NCBI GenBank assembly: GCA_964019335.1
Contig: OZ025723.1
Location: 124,001-188,000 of the forward strand
Reading direction: 5' to 3'
DNA length: 64,000 nucleotides
Source of the DNA: Diplonema japonicum
Lineage: Eukaryota > Protista > Euglenozoa: Diplonemea
The translations under genes were made by a program, and so were the position numbers. How positions within the stretch are numbered: position 1 is the first letter of the stretch; every line of letters starts with the position of its first letter. Shown piece by piece: positions 45,677-56,739 of the stretch. The notes below the pieces were generated by a model. That model saw only the letters and a program-made list of their open reading frames with translations. It had not been told where the DNA came from and ran no database searches.

Positions 45677-45681
<5 letters not shown>
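45305..45681 (+). CDS. Hypothetical 84-aa protein (three exons)
   Basis: join(45305..45463,45529..45596,45654..45681) is in frame. Three high-complexity blocks separated by GT..AG low-complexity introns. Confidence 0.55.
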
Positions 45682-45713
<32 letters not shown>

Positions 45714-45905
45714 CTTCCCCCCCTTCCATCTCCTTACGGGTGTGGAAGGGAAGAAAAAAAAAATTCATACACTTACACCCCTCCCTCCACCCCCCCTTTC
45801 TTCCATGTCTGTAACAAATTTCCCCCCAATTTTTTTTATATAAAAAAAAATTGCAATCCTTACAGATAAGGGGGCGGGAGGAAAAAAAAAAAAAAAAAAG
45901 ACCCC

Positions 45906-46802
45906 ATGGCGACGAGAAAGCTCAGGGCGCAAAAATGCGTAACAGAAGAAGTGGCGGACAAACTTGACAAAATAGGCTGGAAGACCTGTGGAGATTACAC
46001 AACGGGTGGGAACGAAGAGGCCGCCCGGGCGTTGGGGCTCACCCTGACCGAGGAGTTACGCCTACGAGACAAGCTAATGAACGAAATAATGCCAAAAATC
46101 GAACCTATTCTGAAAAAGCGACGGAAGGCGGTCATCAGAACAACCATCGCAAGCTTGGACAAGGCACTCAAAGGCGGCATTTCAGAAGGAATGATAACAG
46201 AAATCGCAGGTCCGCCGGGCGTAGGAAAAAGCCAGTTCGCCACCATGATGGCCGTCAACTGCACAATGAGTGATAATAAGGGAAAAGTACTGTTTATCGA
46301 CACCGAAAGAAAATTTTCGAGCGAGCGAGCTAAAGAGATTCTGCTGTCACATAACGGGGCGGTTGAGGATTTGCGATTGATAAATGTCAAACCGGTGGGT
46401 TCCTTGGAGGACCTTTTGGAGCTACTCAAGGAAATTGAATTGCAGGCATTTGAGTCAGAAGCCAGGCTGATCGTTATCGACTCAATAGCAGCGCTCATTA
46501 GAGCGAAGTCTTCGATGTCACCTGCCGACCGTTCTGGTCTCGTTTCAGGTATTGCCTCTACTCTTAAGAAGCTTGCGTTTAATTTCTCGCTTTGTATTCT
46601 GTTAACGAACCACGTCACCCATCACAATAAGGCTGCGTTGGGGAACACCTGGCACCACGCTGTGACAACCCGGCTCATGTTGCTGCCGTCGACCCCGCGT
46701 TGCCTTATTATCGACAAGTGCCCCGCGGCTCCTAACCTGACCATCCCGTTCAGCATAGGCCCTGCTGGAATTGTGGAATGCCCGCAGATTCCTTTGATGT
46801 GA
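45906..46802 (+). CDS. RAD51B: RAD51 paralogue, RAD51B-like
   Basis: LDKALKGG, Walker A ITEIAGPPGVGKSQ, FIDTERKFS, Walker B LIVIDSIAA, AALGNTWHHAVTTRL. Paralogue identity is less certain than the family. Confidence 0.8.
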   Translation: MATRKLRAQKCVTEEVADKLDKIGWKTCGDYTTGGNEEAARALGLTLTEELRLRDKLMNEIMPKIEPILKKRRKAVIRTTIASLDKALKGGISEGMITEIAGPPGVGKSQFATMMAVNCTMSDNKGKVLFIDTERKFSSERAKEILLSHNGAVEDLRLINVKPVGSLEDLLELLKEIELQAFESEARLIVIDSIAALIRAKSSMSPADRSGLVSGIASTLKKLAFNFSLCILLTNHVTHHNKAALGNTWHHAVTTRLMLLPSTPRCLIIDKCPAAPNLTIPFSIGPAGIVECPQIPLM

Positions 46803-46913
46803 ACCTTCTTTTTTATTCCCGTGGCAGTTATGAGATGTCATATAAAGGGTCATTTACACTTTGTTTTAAGAAAAAAAAAAAAAAAAAGAAAGAAAGAAGA
46901 AAAAAAAAGAAAT

Positions 46914-47014
46914 ATGATTTTATCCGCTCGGGTTTGTTTAATCGCCACCATGCTGGCGTGTATGACAATGGTCACTTTTTACGCTTTGAAGAACCCCAAG
47001 CAGACCTGGTACGT

Positions 47015-47048
<34 letters not shown>

Positions 47049-47647
47049 TTATAGAATTCAAGAACCACAATTACAGCTCTAAAATCTACCAATATTCCGC
47101 TTTGATGCAAGAGGAAAAAGAGTTGGGTTTGGCCAACCTCCGCATTGCGGAGCTCCAAGAGGAGCTGGGCAAGGTGATAAAATGGAAACACGGGCTGGCT
47201 AAAATGCAAGAGAAAAACCTCGTTGCAGAGGCCGCCCGCTTGGAGTGCATGGACCACCTGGAGGAAGCAAAACTCAACTTCAAGACTGGCGATAACATAA
47301 CCTTCAAGAACTCCGCTGGGGAGTGGAAGAACGGGACGGTGAGGGACCGACCCATCTGCATTCAGGAAGCAGGGCAGGCTGACCCCGAGTGCTACTACAT
47401 GAATATCAAGCCTCCCCAGGCGGACAAGCAGAAAGTTCAGGCATACGAATCCATGTCGGCCCTCCTTGCCTCAGAGGCAGAAAAAAACATTCTAAAAGCT
47501 GAGCTTGAAAAACGATTTGCCATCGGCGACTCGATCTCCGTAAAGATCAAAGACAAATGGTCAAACGCTACAGTGACACGCATCGACGGTGTCTTCGTCA
47601 AGGTTGATGGTTCCGCAATAGAGGAATGCGTCTTCCCGAATTCGTAA
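46914..47647 (+). CDS. Signal-anchored coiled-coil protein with two SH3/Tudor-like barrels
   Basis: join(46914..47008,47077..47647) joins a hydrophobic N-terminus to the long frame. Repeated F..GD.I......W.N.TV motif. Acceptor choice is inferred. Confidence 0.6.
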
Positions 47648-48321
47648 TTTTTTTTTTCTTTTTTTTCTAAAAGGGTCCATTGGTGCGAACCTTGTTTTCC
47701 CCCCCCTCCTATATTTAATTAGTAGTTTTTATTAATCATTATTCCCCGCTGATTTTTGTCCTCGGACCTCAAGATCATGCTCTGGCCACGACAGTTCAGG
47801 TCGGTTTTTCCCGGTTGACCCCCGCCAAAAATGCCTCACTGCGGGCGTAGTCGGCACCCGGCCATCTTGTCCTCGTGCGCAGAGTAGTCAGGGAGTCTGA
47901 GTTTAGTTTAGTCTCAGAGAATGTCGCAGCTGTTGATGTTGCTCTTCAGGACCTCAAGCACGGCCTCCGAGGCCGTGCTTTGAGGCGCCCCCCCCCCCCC
48001 CCCCCCCCCCGGTCCTCCTCCGACCTCTCGAAGCGCAACCCCGGCGCTTTCGTCTTCATCTTTGCCCTCCGGCAATCCGGGGCTCCTACCCGTCCACGCC
48101 TAGAGGTGATGGCCCGGGTCGTGGGTCCTATACGCAAGGAAGACAGTCTCAACTATGCTTCGCGAGGGGTAGCCGAAGGGGGGTGTTGTTGTTTCAACAT
48201 TCAGTCCACTTGACTTTCCCTTGGTCGAATTCTACTTTTTTTTCCCCCCCCGTTTGTTTGTTTGTTGTGTGTGCACAAATAAAAAGAAAAAAAAAAAAAC
48301 AAAGAAAAAAAAAAAAAGAAA

Positions 48322-49080
48322 ATGACGATGTTAATCTATGCCCAGCCCCCTGATGGCGTGAAGCACAGTGTAGAGGTCTCTATGGAAGATGATGTGGGCA
48401 CGCTCCGTGAGAAAATCGCCGACGTACTAGGTCTGGAGAACGTAACCAGCATAGGCCTGCGCATAGGAGAAGAAATGCTCGAAGACGACGCGGTTCCAAT
48501 AGCAGACGCTGGGGTCTGCGCCGAACAAGAAATATTCTGTTTCGATAAGTGGATCAATGTTGTGTACAAAGGCGGTGGTGAGTGGGGCGAACACCACCCA
48601 GGGCTTGAAGTACAGCACGACCAATGCTCACGGCTAGTTGTAAAGGACACGGGTATATTTTCGTTTAACGGGCTTTGGTCGCGGGCCACAACACTCCCTT
48701 CTGACAAATCGGTTATACGAATCTCGTTCTCGCTGCACAGCACCAGGCCTATGGACCATCGGCACATGGTGGGGCTGATCCCCATGGAAAACTACTCGCC
48801 CAGTACTTATCTTGATACGTCTTCACACAACTGTATCGCGTATGAAGTCAGTGGGAAGCTGATTGCCGGGTCGAAGTCGTACCCTACCCTCCCTGTCTCG
48901 ACCTCGGGGCCTGTCGATATTGAATTGTTTTTCTGTTGCGAGTCCCATGCCGTCGATGTCATAGTTGCTGGTGAGTCCGTTTGCGACACGCCCGTCGACT
49001 ACTGGCCCGGACCGTCCTGTTTGCTGTACCCCTTCGTCACTTTGAACAGTTACGGAGATTACGCTGAGCCTTCGTGTTGA
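48322..49080 (+). CDS. Ubiquitin-like domain fused to a SPRY/B30.2-like beta domain
   Basis: UBL MLIYAQPPDGVKHSVEVSMEDDVGTLREKIA..LEDDAVPIADAGV. C-terminal HMVGL..LYPFVTL pattern is SPRY-like. Confidence 0.7.
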   Translation: MTMLIYAQPPDGVKHSVEVSMEDDVGTLREKIADVLGLENVTSIGLRIGEEMLEDDAVPIADAGVCAEQEIFCFDKWINVVYKGGGEWGEHHPGLEVQHDQCSRLVVKDTGIFSFNGLWSRATTLPSDKSVIRISFSLHSTRPMDHRHMVGLIPMENYSPSTYLDTSSHNCIAYEVSGKLIAGSKSYPTLPVSTSGPVDIELFFCCESHAVDVIVAGESVCDTPVDYWPGPSCLLYPFVTLNSYGDYAEPSC

Positions 49081-49246
49081 GAGAGCTCATTTCCCTTTTT
49101 TTTTTTCTCCCCTATTTTTTTTTTTTTTTTTTTTTTTTTTTCTGTACAATATTTTTTTTTTTTTTTTATTATTTATTTTTTTTTTTTTTAAATCTCATCC
49201 CTCGGTTCAGGTATCAAAAAAAAAAAAAAAAAAAAAAAGAAAAAAG

Positions 49247-49813
49247 ATGGTGAAGTACTGCGCAGCGCCGAAGGACGCCACCAACACGGCGAAGGCAAAG
49301 GGGAGCGACATGAGGGTGCATTTCAAGAACACGTGGCAGGTGGGCAATGTGCTCAGGGGTATGCCGTTCGTGAAGGCGCAGAAGTATCTCGAGGATGTCA
49401 TGGAGCACAAGAGGTGCATCCCTTACATCAAGTTCTCTCATGCCGCAGGTAGGACCCCCCAGGCAAAGGAGTTCGGCCTTACCCAGGGTAGGTGGCCAAG
49501 GAAGTCTGTGGAGCTCTTCCAGAACCTCTTGAAGAACGCTGAGTCAAACGCTGACCAGAAGGGGCTTGAGGTGAAGGACCTCAAGCTGTCCCACGTCGCC
49601 GTGCAGAGGGCCCAGAAGATCCGCAGGAGGACTTACCGTGCCCACGGTAGGATTGGTGCCTACATGGCGTCCCCTTGCCATGTGGAGCTTTTCCTCACGA
49701 AGCGTGACGCCACCGTCCCCAAACCCACTGCGCAAGCCCTCCGTCAGGGCCGCGTCAAGCCCCCTGCGCACAAGCGTTTCGGAGACAGAGCCCACAGATG
49801 CACATACAAGTAA
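49247..49813 (+). CDS. RPL17: 60S ribosomal protein L17 (uL22)
   Basis: Motifs RVHFKNT, QGRWPRKS, LLKNAESNA, RRRTYRAHGRI, SPCHVEL. Confidence 0.97.
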   Translation: MVKYCAAPKDATNTAKAKGSDMRVHFKNTWQVGNVLRGMPFVKAQKYLEDVMEHKRCIPYIKFSHAAGRTPQAKEFGLTQGRWPRKSVELFQNLLKNAESNADQKGLEVKDLKLSHVAVQRAQKIRRRTYRAHGRIGAYMASPCHVELFLTKRDATVPKPTAQALRQGRVKPPAHKRFGDRAHRCTYK

Positions 49814-50219
49814 GACTACGGTAGTTGGAGAATAATGATGGGGATCAAGTTTTTTTCTTTTTCATTTATATTATGCCCCATGTCTCTAAAACCCGTCCGG
49901 TCAATAATCCTGGATTTTCGCTAAGGTCGCACAGGCGGGGGGGGGGGGGGGGGGGGGGCTGCGAAGATCTGGCGACCAGAACGCAGAACGTGAGCGAAAC
50001 ACTGGAAGAAAAAAAAAAGGTGACCATGTTTGAATAAAAATACATACCCCCTTAGTTATTTTCGCAGAGTTGTTGGAGTTTTCCTTGAATTTCCCGTTTT
50101 TGAGAAGAAAAAGAAAAAAAACTAGCAATTTTTTTGTTTCTTTTTTTTTTTTCTTTTTTTTGTGTCATCCTAAATGAAAGGGAGGACCACACCAGACGGG
50201 CTTTTTAGAGATATGAGGC

Positions 50220-50255
<36 letters not shown>

Positions 50256-50364
50256 TGTGTCGTTCTTCATTTTTCTGTACGTTTTTTTTTTTTTTTTTTT
50301 TTTGACTTTTGATTTCCCAAAAAAAAAGAAGGGGGGGGGGGGGAAAGGGGGGGCACCCCCCTGC

Positions 50365-51318
50365 ATGGCGGGATGTTCCTATGACGAACTGATATTACCT
50401 GGAGGGGCCACATCAACGGGGACGGGATGCGGTGTGGGGTTGTCCGTCGCCGTGAACGGGAGCTGTAACGTGCAGTGCAGCGCGTCGTCTGTAATGAAAG
50501 CGTCCTGCGAGTCAACCGGGGTATGGGGCAGCACCACACCATGCGGCAGCACATCGTCATCGTCAACTGTGACAAGCGAAGCCTGGTTCTGGGTTTTAAT
50601 TGTGCTGTGTTTGATCGCTTTACTAGTTGCTGTTGGTGTCATGATATATTTCCTGTGGTTTAGGCGGAAGGAAAAACCCGACGACGATGAAAATCCGGAA
50701 CCTTACAAGGAAAACGATCGAGAAAACAACAACACCCCGCCCATCGTAAATGCAAATTCACCGAAAAAAGGGACCGCGAAGTCCCCAGCACCCCCCGCTC
50801 AACCTAAAAATCATAACGATGCAGCAACGCCTGTTATGTCACCCAGGGGGCATCCTTTGATTTCGGCATTGAAGGGAAGCCCAAAACCGCCAAACCGGCT
50901 TGCAAGACTGAACAGAAAACGAGGGGTGACATTTTCAGAATACCACCCTGGTGACGCAGTCACCGTGATGTATGATAATTTATACCATGCAGCAACTGTT
51001 CTGACCCACGACCCAGACGGGACTTATACCATCCAATGGCATCCCCTCTCGGAGAGGCTGACTAGTACAGGAATAGCTTCTCGGCAAATGCGTCCCACGG
51101 TGAACCCTGTCGTTGCTGCTTCTTCCTTCGGCCCTGATGATTCTTCGGTATGGTCGAATCCGTCCAGTGATGGGATGAGTTATGGATATGATTACTCTGA
51201 TGCAAGGCTCAGCACCCCTGTTCAGTGTTTGTGGCAGAACAGCTGGCACACCGGTACGCTTGAGGCAGTTAACCCTGACGGTTCTTATGTTATTCGGTGT
51301 GTTGTGAATTTTGGGGAG

Positions 51319-51350
<32 letters not shown>

Positions 51351-51407
51351 TGGGTCGATGGAACATACACGCCCAATATGGATCCTGCAGACACAAAAGT
51401 TTATTAA
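50365..51407 (+). CDS. Single-pass membrane protein: small Cys-rich ectodomain, TM, Pro-rich linker, two Tudor/Agenet-like domains (5' end uncertain)
   Basis: join(50365..51296,51350..51407). TM WFWVLIVLCLIALLVAVGVMIYFLWF, YHPGDAVTVMYDNLYHAATV..DGTYTIQW, WHTGTLEAVNPDGSYVIR|WVDG. Confidence 0.7.
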
Positions 51408-51481
51408 AAACCGCATGAAAAATGGGGGGGGAAAAAAAAAGGAAATTTGTTTTTGGTTTTGCTTCTCAATTTATGGAATCT

Positions 51482-51533
<52 letters not shown>

Positions 51534-51548
51534 CTGTTGTAGTTGTAG

Positions 51549-51584
<36 letters not shown>

Positions 51585-53532
51585 GAAGAAAGGGATAAAC
51601 TGAAAGGGGATGTGAAGCACCCCAGTATGTGTATAGAAGAAGAAGAAGAAGAAAAAGAAAAAGAGGAAGAAGCGAACTGGGAAAAAAATAAAAAAATAAA
51701 AAAAATAAAAGCAGCCTCATGTTCTCTCACCCCACCCCCTTTTTTTTGTGTGGTCAATCTTTTTATTTTTAGAGGGAAATATCCCCCCCCCTTTTTTATA
51801 TGAATCCGTCCAATAGTGAGTTGTTTTTTTCTTCTTCTTTTTTTTTTGTTACTGCCACCATTGTGGATTTTTTTTTTCCGTGGAGTTAAAATGATTTCTC
51901 CGACCCCTACCCTGCCAATAGTTGCCCTGCTGCCAAAATCAGTCGGCACCTTTCTTGTATCCCCCCCCCCCCCCCCCGTCCCCTTCTCTCCCTTTTCCTC
52001 TTTTTCTTGAGGGGGAAAAAAAAAAGGCCTCTCCTTTATGTTGGAGAGTTTGGAAAAAAAAAAAAAAAAAAAAAATGTGAATGCAAAAGAACTGTTTTTT
52101 TCTTCTTTCTTTCTTTTTTTTCTCTTTTTTTTTTCTCTGCAAAGAACGAGTCTTTTGACTTGTGTAAACTAAAAAAGGGTAACATCGACAGCGTGTTTAC
52201 GGGTTTGTAAACTTTCTCCAGGTTTCTCCCCGGCACGTGCAAACAACGGTCAGTTCCCTCTTTTTTTTTTTTTCCTTTTTTTCTTTTGAAAGGCCGTCGT
52301 TTCTATTATGTAACAATCTTTCTTTTATTAAAGAAGAAAGCCCAGTGCGTAAATATGAAACAATGGCATCACTGTGAGGTGAAATATTAATATTATTTTT
52401 TTCTTTTTGAGCAGATATGATTCTTTGTCTTGATATTTTTGATGTGCCCATGGGGAGAGGGGAAAAAAAAAAAAGAGTACCATCATAAACTACTTTGATT
52501 ATCTTTTTTTTTTTTTGTGGTGCCCCTGGCCTTTCTACAAGACCTAATGTTTCTGCGCTTCTTTCAAAATATGCTCGTGTTCCTTTTTTTTTCTTTGGGG
52601 GGGTTTTTTTTCTCGTTCATGTCGCAGTTCCCCCCCTTTTTTTTTTGGTATAAGTCATGCATAACGGATAAAAAAAAATAAAATAAAAAAAAAGCATTTT
52701 TCTTTTTTTTTCTGCCCCCCCTTTTTTTTTGAGTTTTCTCTTCCATATGTAGTACTAGTAGCACAATATATAAAAATAAAATAAAAAAAAAAAACAAGAG
52801 CAAAAAAAAAAAATAATAAAAAAATTACATACGCCCATTTTCAACTGTACCTTCAAGCAAACTTCTAACACACAATTTAACACCTCTTACCCCCCCCCCC
52901 CCCCCTGTCATCTTTCTCTTTATACTGTAGTTGAAAGGAGTTCCTCTTTTTTTTAAATGTCTTCCGCGTCCATTTTTTTTTTTAGGCGTCCTGCCACATA
53001 CCGCAGGTACCCTTAAATGTCTCTTTTTTTTTTTGGCATCAAATAAAAAAAAAAGGATGGGAAATGTATAGAGGTGTAATTCAATAGTAGGCATTGCCTT
53101 CTTTTTTTTCTTTTTTTTTTTAATTTGAAAGAAGAAAAGAATTTTGCCAAACTCTTCTGAGAATCTCATAGCTTGTACCCCCAACACACACCCATTAACG
53201 ACAGATGTAGGTGTTTAGCTCGGGTATACCTTTGAGATGTGAATCGGGATAAGGGTGACAGGTGGGGGGGGGGGGGGGGTTAGAGGGTGATACGATGTGG
53301 CTTCTTTTTCTTATATTTGCCCCCCCCCCCTGTTTTCTTGCGCTAATGAAAGAAGGAAAAAAAAAAGGGAAAAAAAAAAAAAAAAAAAAAAAAAAACAGT
53401 ACGGTTGGGGGGAAAGCTCTTGACACTGCCTATTTTGTTTTTTTTATGTTTTTTTTTTTTGATGACGGTACCAGATACAAAAAAAAAAAAAAAAAAAAAA
53501 AAGAAAGGAGGGGAAAAAAATGAAAAACCGAA

Positions 53533-54187
53533 ATGCTCCAGTCCCTGATAAGAAGATGTGATCAAGAACGTGACGCAGAGGGGATAGCTTTGATATACCA
53601 AGGCAGGGATGGGCTGTGCGAAGGAAGTAACACCCTGGTACTCAATTGCCGGAAAGGCACGCAGATTCACAAGCGGGTGGTCCAGGGAAAACACAACAAA
53701 AACGAACACTTCACAAACAGAGAGGTCGCACTAAGAAATTCTATAGAACAAGATGAAAATGTGGAACGGGGGAAAATTGTTAACTGGCTGAAGAACTTCA
53801 TCGCAGGAGAGACCTTCCTTGAGAAGGAGGTGCCTGTCTTGGAGGTGGTTGAAGCAGAGGAGAGGGAACACATTATAAACAACGAAAAACGCATGTTTTC
53901 TGTAGTCACGCGCACAGCCAGAACGGACACAGTTCTGTTTCTGGACACCGTGAGGAAACAGCAGATAGAGGCTGCGTGGGACCAGATCTATAGTGCCGTG
54001 GCACCGAAGATAGCCACGCTGTCCCGGCAAGAGGAGAATCTCCGTGCCTCAATTGTGTCTCTAGAATCTAGAGCTTCAAACATCCTCCAAGTTCGGCTAC
54101 ACAAGCTCACCACTGTTCTCCTTGATTGGGCCCACGTTCTGGCCACACTTGACGGCGGTTCAGTAGGAGATCAATATGAAGTATGTT

Positions 54188-54222
<35 letters not shown>

Positions 54223-54251
54223 TTTACCAGTTCCGATACCCCAAAAGTTGA
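53533..54251 (+). CDS. Hypothetical coiled-coil protein
   Basis: join(53533..54180,54231..54251). High-complexity ORF, no family recognised, 5' end uncertain. Confidence 0.55.
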
Positions 54252-54431
54252 CGAGAAAGAGAAAAAAAAAAAAAAAAAGAGATTTTTACAAATCTTTTAT
54301 TTTACAAAGTTTTTTTCCCCCCCCTCCTTGCTGTATAGCTCCGCCCCCTCCCTCCTATTTCGGGAAAAAAAATTCTTTTTTGAAAAAAAAGGGGGGGGGG
54401 AGAAGTGGGGAGGGAGAAGGTGTGAAACGCA

Positions 54432-55895
54432 ATGAAATATGCAGTCCACACGTTTCTCAAATGGCTCTTTGTAAGCGTGAACGTGGTGGCCGCACTGTTC
54501 CTCACGGCGAGGGCGGCCCTGCACCCTGAGGGGAACGTCGTCATTGTCGACGAGCTAGGTCTCAAGGCCCTCTCAACAGACGGCCAGTACGAAACGAAAA
54601 CCCCCGAAAAATGGAAGAAAGCTGTCGACAGAATAGCAGCCTGGCGCGCAGGATACACCAATCTAAAAACCTTCAAAAAAATCGACCCCGTTTTAGTAGA
54701 CCCATCATACGTGTTCAACGGAGAATGCAAATGGTTCTTCACATCTGACTGCACACCTTATGGACGGTTAGAAAGCAGAACGCAATCATGCCAAGACCCG
54801 ATACCTTCCATGTCTTCTGGTTTTTGTCAATGTAGAGATGGACAACTTTTTGGAAAACCTTGTACGTCAAAGGATCAGTTTGTAGTGTGTTCAGATATCT
54901 GCTCGGTCCCGCCTGCGAAATTTCCGTCTTACAGCGATTTAATGAGGTATAATACAGCGTTGAAACTCCCAGCGGTGATTGCATCTTTCAGCACGACAAA
55001 AAGATACGCGAGGCTGTGCCGTACCCTGCATTCTCTTCGCCAAGCGTTCAACCACAACAAACAGTACCCGATAGTTGTTGTTCACGAGCCTCATGACACG
55101 TTCACGGAATCGTACAAACGAGGGGTTTCAGGCACGTCTCCTTCAACTACCGTTCATTTCATCAACGCCTCACCTGAGTATTGGTCTGTTCCAAGAAATA
55201 TAAACACGACTAGGATCGTTTTGTATAAACATAAAAATATTCCCGGGATGGATAGTCTTTTTTACAGGCAGGCAGCGCGTTACGTAACCGGTTACATGCA
55301 CCAAGAATCTATTTTTGAAGCGTTTGAGTACATAATGCTTGTTGAGGACGCAGTGATGTTCCTGTGCAAGATTCACTTTGATCCATTTCTCTTAATGCGG
55401 GTTGAAAACAAAAGCGTGGGTTTTTCTATGATGTATCATGATTTCCCAACTGCAATGCCAAGCGTAGATGATCGAATTGCTGAAGCGTTCGACCCGAAGG
55501 GGTCTAGTGGTGTGGAGGATTATCATTTGCCGTATTTGTTGTCTGGGGGTTACTCGGGGTGTGTGTTTGGTCCGGCATATCTTTTTCTTTCGCTTTCTTT
55601 TATGCGGTCGCAGGGGTTTACATCCACTTTTTCTTACCTCGACCGGTCCGGGGGTTTCTTTTATGAACGGTGGTCGCAGCCTGCTGTTTTTACGTTGCTG
55701 ACCACCTCGCTTCTCCCTTCCTCTCAGCTCTATTACTTTGAAGGGATCGGCGTTGCCAACCCTGATGCGTATCATGTGCCTAACGACACATATGTTTGTA
55801 AGGGTGAGCCGGTGCCGCCCAGAAACTCACCGGGTTCAAACGATTGGCGGCATCCTTGTATGCAAGATTTCGCTCCCTTGGCCGAGCTGCATTGA
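54432..55895 (+). CDS. GT15 (KRE2/MNT1-like) alpha-1,2-mannosyltransferase homologue, divergent
   Basis: N-terminal signal anchor, FNHNKQYPIVV, FLCKIHFDPFLLMR..GF, YLDRSGGFFYERW. Confidence 0.8.
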   Translation: MKYAVHTFLKWLFVSVNVVAALFLTARAALHPEGNVVIVDELGLKALSTDGQYETKTPEKWKKAVDRIAAWRAGYTNLKTFKKIDPVLVDPSYVFNGECKWFFTSDCTPYGRLESRTQSCQDPIPSMSSGFCQCRDGQLFGKPCTSKDQFVVCSDICSVPPAKFPSYSDLMRYNTALKLPAVIASFSTTKRYARLCRTLHSLRQAFNHNKQYPIVVVHEPHDTFTESYKRGVSGTSPSTTVHFINASPEYWSVPRNINTTRIVLYKHKNIPGMDSLFYRQAARYVTGYMHQESIFEAFEYIMLVEDAVMFLCKIHFDPFLLMRVENKSVGFSMMYHDFPTAMPSVDDRIAEAFDPKGSSGVEDYHLPYLLSGGYSGCVFGPAYLFLSLSFMRSQGFTSTFSYLDRSGGFFYERWSQPAVFTLLTTSLLPSSQLYYFEGIGVANPDAYHVPNDTYVCKGEPVPPRNSPGSNDWRHPCMQDFAPLAELH

Positions 55896-56739
55896 AAATA
55901 TATTTTAAAAATAAAAATAAAAGAAAGATTGTGTCGTTTTTTTTTTTTTTTTTTTTGTGTTTTGGGAACTTTTTTTTTTGTTTCGATCTTTTTTATGCTT
56001 TTTTTTTTTTTGCGGGCCGTTGCTAACCACTTCGTTCCTATCATAGTGAATTTTTTTTTACTTAATCAAGAAGGGGGGAGGGAAAAAAAAATGGGTGGCC
56101 GGCCTTATTAAACAGAGAGAGAGAGAGAGAGAGGGGGGGGGGGGGGGGGGGGCAAGTGATGCAAGTGATGGGATGGGAGGGAGTGCTCTAAACTCACGGT
56201 TTTTTGTCGTCTCCTCTGAAAAGTCACGGCGGGGGGGGGGGGGGGGGGTAGTTCCGTTTCTTTTTTTTCCTTGAAAATTTTCATCTTTTGTCTTTTTTTT
56301 TTTCCCACGCTCACGATGGAGCAGCAAAATCTGGAAAAATAAAGCGTACGCCGCAACGGGCCACAAGGGCTTATGGTGGAAGAGAAGAACGAATGGGAGT
56401 GGAGCACAACGCAACAAACAACAATGGATGGAACAGAAGGCGGACACACAGGCGTCATTTCAAGATTCTATCAGACAGACGTTCTCACTCTTCGTGCTCG
56501 TGCACGAGAAAGCACTGCCACGAACCCGAAACCACAGCACAGTACCTGCACTTCACTTCCCTCACTCCTTCGTCACAGGATATAAAAAAATCCATCCCAT
56601 TTCGCCGCCGCTCCTTGTCGCTATTGGGGGGAGGGAGGAGGGAAAAAATCCCTTTTTTTTTTTATAAAAAAAAAAAACAACCCCCCCTCCCATCTCTCAG
56701 AAACATTTCACACAACAACAACAAAAAAAAAAAAAAAAA

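Noticed and set aside
56300-56580. Complex island upstream of ASNS as a gene
   Set aside because: Only short ORFs with no motif. Possibly an element relic, but unsupported.
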